Source: Clostridiaceae bacterium (lineage in GTDB: Bacteria > Bacillota > Clostridia > CAYPLH01 > DUMO01). Taken from it: 45,791 nucleotides of DNA. Position numbers and translations under genes: made by a program. Each line of letters begins with the position of its first letter. Position 1 is the first letter of the stretch. The notes under the pieces are model-generated. The model did no database searches. It was not told the DNA's origin and saw only the letters and a program-made list of their open reading frames with translations. Of this stretch, positions 9,278 to 16,790 are shown piece by piece. Location of the stretch: the NCBI GenBank assembly GCA_012839865.1, contig DUMO01000022.1, positions 1 through 45,791 of the forward strand, written 5' to 3'.

Positions 9278-9691
9278 ATGAATAAGGCAATTTTAATGGG
9301 GAGACTTACGAAGGATCCCGAACTTAGGTATACACCAAATAATATTCCTGTCTGCACATTTACACTGGCTATTGACAGGCAATTTAAAAAGCAGGGCGAA
9401 GAAGCCCAGACCGATTTTATACCCATAGTTGCATGGAGAAGCACAGCGGAATTCTGTTCAAAATACTTTACCAAAGGATTAAGGGTGGCAGTTGCCGGAA
9501 GAATTCAAACCAGAACATGGGATGATGCCGAGGGTAAAAGACATTATGCCACTGAAGTAGTTGCTGATGAAGTGCATTTTGCGGATGGTAAAAAGGAAGG
9601 CACCCAGAGCGGTTTTCCAGGCATGCCGCAATTTGGGTCTGCAAATAATGATTTTCCTCCAATTGAAGATGACAGTGATCTCCCGTTTTAA
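9278..9691 (+). CDS. ssb: Single-stranded DNA-binding protein
   Basis: MNKAILMGRLTKDPELRYT OB-fold start, DFIPIVAW, GRIQTRTWDD, acidic tail DDSDLPF. Confidence 0.96.
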   Translation: MNKAILMGRLTKDPELRYTPNNIPVCTFTLAIDRQFKKQGEEAQTDFIPIVAWRSTAEFCSKYFTKGLRVAVAGRIQTRTWDDAEGKRHYATEVVADEVHFADGKKEGTQSGFPGMPQFGSANNDFPPIEDDSDLPF

Positions 9692-9744
9692 ATTTCAAAT
9701 ATACAAAAAATCGGCCAATGGCAATATAGCTTAAGTAAGTAAAA

Positions 9745-9937
9745 AAATGAACAACAGCTCCAATACTGCTAATTGCAGCAAGGTATAGGAAAGCACAGTT
9801 AAAAATGCCTTGGAATCTTAGTAATGTCCGTGCTGCTTGAGCGTAGCGAGTTCACGGAATTACTGGATGACAAGGCATTTTAACTGGCTGTTTTCCTTAC
9901 CAAAGCTGTACTGCGGTATTAGAGCTGTTGTTCATTT
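9745..9937. repeat. 193-bp imperfect palindrome (long hairpin, MITE/REP-like) between convergent genes
   Basis: Outer arms 9745-9769 and 9913-9937 (2 mismatches in 25); pairing continues to TCCGTG/CACGGA around a 20-nt loop CTGCTTGAGCGTAGCGAGTT. Confidence 0.8.
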
Positions 9938-9980
9938 ATAACTGCCGCTGGACGGCAACCAGTGCTGTTACTTCATTAGG

Positions 9981-11033
9981 CTAATTAACTTTTACCCGCG
10001 CTCCCTTTTTGGACGATTCATATATGGCAAGGACAAGATCCACGCACTTTCTTGCCGACTCACCGGTAATATATGGTACCCTGTTTTCCAGTATGGATGA
10101 AATAAAATCCTCCACAATGAAATAATGGGCTTCAAGGTCAATATTTGCCGGGTCACTGGCCGAGGATACTGCCTCCTTGTCATCCTTGTCCAAAGAAATT
10201 GGTATTACATTATCCCCATCTCTTTTATATAGGGTTGTTTTGCCATCAGCATAGAGTATGGAACCCTTTTCACATTCGATTCTAATCCGGTCGCCTTCAG
10301 GTCCGGTCTCGGGAATATTTGAAATAGTTGTCCCCATTATTACTCCTTTGGCACCGTTTTTGAACTCAAGCAATGCCATGGCGGTATCTTCAACCTCAAT
10401 ATCCCGGAGCAAAGCTCCTGAAATGCCCTGCACATATTCCACTTCTCCTGTCAGCCAGCACATGGCGTCAATTGCATGAATACCCTGGTTCATCAGGCAT
10501 CCTCCGCCGTCCAGTTCCCATGTTCCTCTCCAGGAACCGCTCTTATAATACTGTGGTGACCTGTAACCCCTGTATTGGCACTCTACAATGGTCATTTTGC
10601 CCAACTCCCCGCTGTCCAGGATTTCTTTTGCTTTCCTTAAGCCCGCTCTTGTACGGTTGGGAAAAACAACCCCGAGTTTGACATTGTTCCGTCTGGCAGC
10701 TTCAATCATTTCATCCATTTTTTCTTTTTTAATTTCCAGGGGTTTTTCGCAAAGGACGTGCTTGCCGGCTTTTGCGCTTTCCACCGTGTTCTCACCGTGA
10801 AGCCCGCTTGGAGTGCAGACACAGATCGCGTCAATATCGGCTTCCTTAAGCATTTTTTTATAATCCATATATACTGCATCCACTTTATAAGCCTTTGCAA
10901 AATCCCTCGCTTTTTTTTCGCTGCTTCCCCCACAAACAGCGGCAAACTCAGCTCTTTTGTCCATTTTGATACATTCTGCATGGGATTTTGCAATCAAACC
11001 GCACCCGATAATTCCAAACCTTACTTTATCCAA
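9981..11033 (-). CDS. Gfo/Idh/MocA family NAD(P)-dependent oxidoreductase
   Basis: RFGIIGCG Rossmann motif, ICVCTPSGLH, HVLCEKP, GGGCLMNQGIHAID; TTG start at 11033 after GGTGA is preferred over the ORF-track start at 11117. Confidence 0.92.
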   Translation of the reverse strand: MDKVRFGIIGCGLIAKSHAECIKMDKRAEFAAVCGGSSEKKARDFAKAYKVDAVYMDYKKMLKEADIDAICVCTPSGLHGENTVESAKAGKHVLCEKPLEIKKEKMDEMIEAARRNNVKLGVVFPNRTRAGLRKAKEILDSGELGKMTIVECQYRGYRSPQYYKSGSWRGTWELDGGGCLMNQGIHAIDAMCWLTGEVEYVQGISGALLRDIEVEDTAMALLEFKNGAKGVIMGTTISNIPETGPEGDRIRIECEKGSILYADGKTTLYKRDGDNVIPISLDKDDKEAVSSASDPANIDLEAHYFIVEDFISSILENRVPYITGESARKCVDLVLAIYESSKKGARVKVN

Positions 11034-11193
11034 TGAAATCACCGTTACAAGAAACTTATGATGATGTGTTTTTGAGGTTTTCTTATAACGGCCTGCACCT
11101 CCTTTTTTGTTGTTCATATTTCTTGATGTAATGGGTTTAGGTCAATTCAATTTTTTACCTGAGTATTGTAAACTTCTTTTGTCCAAAACCAAA

Positions 11194-12870
11194 TTATTTA
11201 TGGTCCTGGTAAAAGCAACTTCCGCCAATGAATTCCCTTAATATGGAGTTAAGAGGTACTTCTCTCGAATCTATAGGCAGGAAGTAGCTTAAAAACTCTA
11301 TAAGCCTTTTAGCTTCAGAGTACTCCGGATAGTCTGATGTCAACTCATTTAAAACGGTTTCAGCCAAAGGCTTCAAAACTCCCAGTTCATACACCAGTGA
11401 GGAATTAAACATTATATCCGCCTCACCCTGATAAGGCATGATATTCCTTTCCTCTCCCCGCCGTACAGATGGCCAGCGTTTTATAGTGGCAAGGGCATTG
11501 CTGCCTCTGAACTGGAAATCCCTCACGATCCGGCGGATCAACCTGATATCCGTTGTTGGTATTCTGTTGTGGTCATCTATATTAAGGGCTGCCATTGGAC
11601 TTATATAAATCTTGAATCTGTATTCCTTCGGAACCGATGTTATCAGCTTTGGATTCAGGCCATGGATTCCCTCAATAATCAGGGGGTGGTCGGCATCAAT
11701 TACCAGTCTTCTGAATTTCTCCCTTTCCCTGTTGCCGGTATGAAAATTAAAGATTGGCATGTCAACGGGCTTCCCGTCCAGAAGTTCAAGAAGCTGTTCG
11801 TTAAAAAGCTTTATGTCAATTGCTTCAAAAGCTTCAAAATCGTAATCGCCATTCTCATCTTTTGGAGTATGTTCCCTGTCTACAAAATAGTCGTCAAGAG
11901 AAATGATAATTGGTTTTAAGCCGTTTGCCCGAAGTTGTATGGACAACCTTTGGGAAAATGTTGTCTTACCCGAAGAAGAAGGCCCTGATACCAGTACAAT
12001 GCGTTTTTTGGGAAGCTCGTTGGTAATCATGTCGGCAATATTGGCAATTTTCTTCTCATGAAGCGCTTCGTTTACTCGTATCAGATCGTAGATTTGATTG
12101 TTCACAACCATATCATTCAGGGAACCGACATTTTCCACTCCCAAAATGCTTGCCCAGCGCTTGTTTTCTATTAGTATGTTAAATACCCTGTCATTTGGCT
12201 CGAACTCATAAAGTGTAGTGGGGTCTGTTTTGTTGGGAAGCTGGAGAACAAGACCATGCCGATAGTGCTTTAAATCGAACAAATCCAAAAATCCGGTGTC
12301 CGGAACCATGTATCCATAAAAATAATCTTCAAACCCGTCACAGTTATATACTGTAATATAAGGCTTTCTCCTGTGTTCGATTACGTGGAAACGGTCCATG
12401 CGGCCCATCTTCTTAAATATTTCCTCAGCCTCATCAAGGGATATGATCCTTTTTACAAAAGGAATTTTCTTTTCCACAAGTTCCCGCATCCGTCTGGCTA
12501 TCCTGTCCACATCATCCGAAGACATGGGTATGTTTCCCTCTATTTCACAGAACAGCCCTCTGCTTATAGAGTGGCTTATGAGTATTTCCTTGTCAGGATA
12601 CAGATCATGAAAAGCCTTTATTAATAAAAAGCATACACTTCTTGTATAAACAAGCAATCCATCCGGGTCGGTCAGGTCTACGAATTGAATATTGCTGCTC
12701 GTATTCAAAGGATAGGTAAGTTCCCTTAAAACATTATCTACTTTGGCGGCAACAATTTTAGTCTTGTAGTTATGCTGAAATTCCGGTACAAGCTCGGTTA
12801 ATTTTGTTCCTTCCGGGACGTTTAAAGTTTCTCCCCGGGCAAAAGTCAATTTAATTAGGTTTTCTTTCAT
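11194..12870 (-). CDS. Uridine/nucleoside kinase with N-terminal TGS and ThrRS-like domains
   Basis: TGS (IVAAKVDN..RELTY), ThrRS-like segment, P-loop SGPSSSGKTT, ISLDDYF, IIEGIHGLN, RRIVRDFQFRG. Confidence 0.88.
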   Translation of the reverse strand: MKENLIKLTFARGETLNVPEGTKLTELVPEFQHNYKTKIVAAKVDNVLRELTYPLNTSSNIQFVDLTDPDGLLVYTRSVCFLLIKAFHDLYPDKEILISHSISRGLFCEIEGNIPMSSDDVDRIARRMRELVEKKIPFVKRIISLDEAEEIFKKMGRMDRFHVIEHRRKPYITVYNCDGFEDYFYGYMVPDTGFLDLFDLKHYRHGLVLQLPNKTDPTTLYEFEPNDRVFNILIENKRWASILGVENVGSLNDMVVNNQIYDLIRVNEALHEKKIANIADMITNELPKKRIVLVSGPSSSGKTTFSQRLSIQLRANGLKPIIISLDDYFVDREHTPKDENGDYDFEAFEAIDIKLFNEQLLELLDGKPVDMPIFNFHTGNREREKFRRLVIDADHPLIIEGIHGLNPKLITSVPKEYRFKIYISPMAALNIDDHNRIPTTDIRLIRRIVRDFQFRGSNALATIKRWPSVRRGEERNIMPYQGEADIMFNSSLVYELGVLKPLAETVLNELTSDYPEYSEAKRLIEFLSYFLPIDSREVPLNSILREFIGGSCFYQDHK

Positions 12871-13153
12871 AGTATCACCAATCCTTTCCTGGTTTTTAAA
12901 TCCCCCGGCTTCCCTTTACAAAATAGTTGATATTTTATGGTTATTTTATTATACTTCCTTAGTTTTTCTCCGGACAGCAACATATATTGTACATAATAGT
13001 ACGGCATTGTTCCTGGATTTTCTGCATATATGTATTATAATATAATTATATATAAAAAAGGTAGATTTAATCAAATTAATGAATAATCAGTATCTCCGGG
13101 TTTTCAAATAAGCCTGTTAGGGCGGGTGCTGCTTTTCTACAGCGTTCTTTTAC

Positions 13154-13789
13154 ATGTACCTGGCCTATGAAAACCAGCATGTCAGGGGTGGTGGTATAAG
13201 TGCCGTCTCAATTGCCCTGATTTTTTTCGTACTGCTTTTTACCGGGAACATATCTTTGAAAAATGATTTGCTGCATCCTGAGTTCTCATCTTCCCTTATA
13301 ACAGGACTGATATCTTATGTTTTTGTGGGACTTTCTGAAGAAATGTTCTCCCGGGGTTACTGCATGACGGTTCTCAAACAGACACAGGTTAAATGGGTAC
13401 CCCTTGTAATATCTTCATTAATCTTTTCATTAGCCCACGGGCTGAATCCAAATGTATCCGCAGCCGGGCTGTTGAACATTTTTCTGGCGGGGATGCTGTT
13501 TGGAGTAATGTTTATTGAGACAGACAGCTTATGGATGCCCATCGGTTATCATATTACATGGAACTTTTTTCAGGGAAAGTTTTTCAGTTTTCCGGTCAGC
13601 GGCAATGCTTCGGAAGGGGTTTACAAGATAAATGTCCTGAATAATAATCTGCTGACAGGAGGCGACTTTGGTCCTGAAGGCGGGATTCTCACCACATTGG
13701 TTATTTTAATCGGCTTTTTTGCAGTCCTGAAATTTAAAGGAGCAGGCAAGAAAAAAAATTTTCCCCTCAGCCGCTGGTTTGCCGGTTGA
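13154..13789 (+). CDS. CPBP/CAAX intramembrane glutamic protease, possibly N-terminally truncated
   Basis: EEMFSRG (EExxxR), FSLAH (FxxxH), HITWN (HxxxN); no clear RBS, and an in-frame TAG 36 nt upstream. Confidence 0.8.
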   Translation: MYLAYENQHVRGGGISAVSIALIFFVLLFTGNISLKNDLLHPEFSSSLITGLISYVFVGLSEEMFSRGYCMTVLKQTQVKWVPLVISSLIFSLAHGLNPNVSAAGLLNIFLAGMLFGVMFIETDSLWMPIGYHITWNFFQGKFFSFPVSGNASEGVYKINVLNNNLLTGGDFGPEGGILTTLVILIGFFAVLKFKGAGKKKNFPLSRWFAG

Positions 13790-13806
13790 GTATGGGTCTT
13801 CGCATA

Positions 13807-13882
13807 AGGGACCAGGGGGATGGTTCTTCTGGTCCCTTGTGGCTTTATAGGAGGGACCACAGGAACCGTCCCTCTGGCCCCT
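13807..13882. repeat. Inverted doublet of 31-bp REP-like units
   Basis: Unit 1 (13807-13837) and the reverse complement of unit 2 (13852-13882) differ at 5 of 31 positions; each has an internal AGGGACCA...TGG-CCCT hairpin around a GGA(C/T)GGTTC core. Confidence 0.7.
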
Positions 13883-13903
13883 TTGGTTTACATAATATGA
13901 AAA

Positions 13904-13934
13904 AAAGAGCTGGTTCCCAAAAAACTAGCTCTTT
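13904..13934 (+). terminator. Hairpin downstream of the CAAX protease gene (possible terminator)
   Basis: AAAGAGCTGGTT / AACTAGCTCTTT stem with one G-U pair; weak U tract. Confidence 0.5.
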
Positions 13935-14178
13935 CGCACACTTCTATTGTAGCTTATCAAAAAAGTTGCATGTTGTCAAGAGAAAATCAAAGAATATTAA
14001 AGAAAAATTGCTGTATAAAGATATAATGCTTAAAAAGTATGGCAAGAGGCCGCAGGACAAATATGGCGGCTTTCTTAATCACTGTTTTTCCGTTAAAATA
14101 AACTGGTGACTTCTGATGCCGGCTTAGATAAAAATGCTTTTCAGGTATTAATCACAAAATAAACCAAGGAGGTATTAC

Positions 14179-16455
14179 ATGTCCCAAAAGATTCATCCTT
14201 CATTCAGGGAAGAGAATGAAAGGTGCCGGTATACACTGAAATATGTCGAGAAAACTTTAAAGAACACTATTGAAAAGAAAGAATATCTGGATGCGACATT
14301 GGAGCGAATAAACAAGCATTTCAACTCCGACAACAGCCAGGATTACATCGACATGATTGTCAATTCGGCCCTTAAGGAAAGTACGGACATAAAACTTAAA
14401 AATCTCGTTTCTGCGAAAAAGAAGCCATATTTTGCCCGGGTAGATTTCAAAGAAAAGGGAAAACAGAAAGCAGAGAAGCTTTACATCGGCAAAATGTGCC
14501 TTGCCAGGGAGGAAGACCAGGAATTGATTATTATAGACTGGCGTGCCCCCGTAGCGAATTTATATTATGAAGGAAGACTTGGGGAAGCAAATTATGATTG
14601 CCCTGAAGGAAACATAGAAGGTGAAATACTGCTAAAAAGGCAGTTTTTCATAGAAGAGGGTGAACTTCTGAATATTTTTGACATTGACGTAACTGCCACC
14701 GATGAGCTTCTCCAATCCTGCCTGGGAGCAAATGCTGACAACCGGCTGAAGGACATAGTCTCAACCATACAGGCGGAACAGAACCAGATAATCCGGGCTG
14801 ACATGTGGAAACCCCTTGTAGTGCAGGGGGCGGCAGGAAGCGGTAAAACCACAATTGCCCTTCACAGGATAGCATATTTGATTTATAACCATGAAAAGAA
14901 CTTTAAACCGGAAAATTTCATGATAATAGCTCCGAACCGGTTGTTTTTGAATTATATTTCCAATGTGCTGCCTGAGCTGGGAGTTGACAAGGTAAAGCAG
15001 ACCACCTTTGAGCAGTTTGCCTGGGACATACTGGAGAGAAGACTGAAGCTCACAGATCCCAATGACAAGCTTATGCGGTTTGTAAAAGGGCAGGAGCAAA
15101 ACGACGATATGGATATGCTGAAAAGAACATCGGAGCTTAAGTCCTCCATAGTGTTCAAAACCATGCTGGATGATTTTTTTGAAAGTGTTCTTAGAAGGTA
15201 CATTCCCAAAGAGGATTTCAAGATTTTGGACATCCCCGTATTTTCATATGAAGAAATCAATTCACTGTTTTTAAAGGAATATAAAAACTGGCCTGTAATG
15301 TACAGGATTAATGAGATAAAAAAATACCTTATAAACAGGCTGAAGCAAAGGAAAAACGATATCATAAACAGCCTGCATGACGAGTGTGACCTGAAAATAA
15401 GAATTATTAAACAAAAAGAATCTGACCCTGAAAAAAGGCAGAGAAAAATAATTGATGCAATTGAAAAAAGGGACGACATCATATCAAACCTTAACAAGTA
15501 TTCAAAAAAGGCAGTTGATGACTATGTAAAGGGGCTTCCAAAGCTTGATCCTTTCAAATGCTACAGGGTGTTTATTGAATCCTGGCTACCAAGAGCTGAT
15601 GCAAACCTGTACGGGGCGGATGAAAATATACTCCGGTATACCTCTTCCCATACAAAGGGGTTGTTTGACAATAAAGTCGTTGAACTTGAAGACCTGGCAC
15701 CTTTGATTTACCTAAAGTATATAATTTTCGGAATTGCCGAAAAAATACCCGTAAGACACATTGTGATTGATGAGGGGCAAGACTTCAGTGTTTTTCAGCT
15801 GTATGTATTGAAAAATATTATAAAGGACAGTTCTTTTACAATACTTGGAGACTTGTGTCAGGGAATTCATTCCTACAGAGGCATGAGGGATTGGAAGGAA
15901 GCAATAGATTATGTATTCAACGGAAAAGGCGCTTTCCTGATTCTTGAGCAAAGCTACCGAACCACTGTGGAGATAATGGACGCTGCCAACAAGGTTTTAA
16001 GAAAAAGCAGAGATAAAGGCCTTATACCCGGCAAACCTGTATTAAGGCACGGAGATCCTGTAAGCAAAATAAAGATTGAAAGTATTGATAATATTGTGGA
16101 GGATATTGAAGGTAAAATCAAAGAGTGCATTAAACTGGGATACAAGTCCATGGCAGTTATTTGCAAATCCCCGGAAACCTGTAAAAAGGTATTTGCCTTA
16201 ATGAAAAAATACAGGGATGATGTATCGCTTATTACCGGACGGGAAAAGGAATATGCCGGAGGAATAGTTGTTGTGCCGTCATATCTTTCAAAGGGTCTTG
16301 AATTTGACGCGGTTTTTATCCCTGATGCAGACAATGACACGTACAAGGACGATGAGTTGGATATCAAGCTATTATATGTAGCCATGACAAGGCCTCTTCA
16401 CAAGCTGTTCCTATACTATGGAGATGAATATTCACCGCTCACTGAAGATATTTGA
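14179..16455 (+). CDS. helD: RNA polymerase recycling ATPase HelD (SF1/UvrD-like)
   Basis: HelD-type N-terminus (PYFARVDF, LYIGK, IIDWRAPVANLYY), IQAEQNQIIR, GAAGSGKTTIALHR, VIDEGQD, YRTTVEI, KGLEFDAV, YVAMTR. Confidence 0.9.
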   Translation: MSQKIHPSFREENERCRYTLKYVEKTLKNTIEKKEYLDATLERINKHFNSDNSQDYIDMIVNSALKESTDIKLKNLVSAKKKPYFARVDFKEKGKQKAEKLYIGKMCLAREEDQELIIIDWRAPVANLYYEGRLGEANYDCPEGNIEGEILLKRQFFIEEGELLNIFDIDVTATDELLQSCLGANADNRLKDIVSTIQAEQNQIIRADMWKPLVVQGAAGSGKTTIALHRIAYLIYNHEKNFKPENFMIIAPNRLFLNYISNVLPELGVDKVKQTTFEQFAWDILERRLKLTDPNDKLMRFVKGQEQNDDMDMLKRTSELKSSIVFKTMLDDFFESVLRRYIPKEDFKILDIPVFSYEEINSLFLKEYKNWPVMYRINEIKKYLINRLKQRKNDIINSLHDECDLKIRIIKQKESDPEKRQRKIIDAIEKRDDIISNLNKYSKKAVDDYVKGLPKLDPFKCYRVFIESWLPRADANLYGADENILRYTSSHTKGLFDNKVVELEDLAPLIYLKYIIFGIAEKIPVRHIVIDEGQDFSVFQLYVLKNIIKDSSFTILGDLCQGIHSYRGMRDWKEAIDYVFNGKGAFLILEQSYRTTVEIMDAANKVLRKSRDKGLIPGKPVLRHGDPVSKIKIESIDNIVEDIEGKIKECIKLGYKSMAVICKSPETCKKVFALMKKYRDDVSLITGREKEYAGGIVVVPSYLSKGLEFDAVFIPDADNDTYKDDELDIKLLYVAMTRPLHKLFLYYGDEYSPLTEDI

Positions 16456-16790
16456 ATCCATGTTATGTCTGGATAGTAAGCATTCCGGTTCACTTCCCGA
16501 GGATATTTGAAATCTGTTTGCGATTTAACTTATTAAATTATATAATGATTTATATCAGGAAAAATGCGGAAATCTAAAAGTAAAAAATGACTGTCAAAGA
16601 ACTTTTAAGTTCTTGCCTTATGAATGCACCAAGCTCAATTCGACCTTTTAAAACAAGTAATGGGGGAACTTTTAGTTCTTATTTCATGTCTAATATATGA
16701 TGAATTTTGTTAATTGAGAGATGACTTTTCGTTGATGTAATTAACTATACCTGAAATGCCGGTCACAGGATGCGGAAGACGGAGGTTTAT

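Noticed and set aside
11034..11117. N-terminal extension of the oxidoreductase given by the ORF track
   Set aside because: Low-complexity leader; the Rossmann motif begins right after a TTG with a GGTGA RBS, and the extension overlaps a hairpin.
13786..14109. 107-aa ORF after the CAAX protease
   Set aside because: It runs through the REP-like doublet and the hairpin, has no RBS and no recognisable motif.
14179..16455. Anti-phage defence helicase
   Set aside because: It has the HelD-specific N-terminal motifs and stands alone with no nuclease partner, consistent with an RNA polymerase recycling factor.
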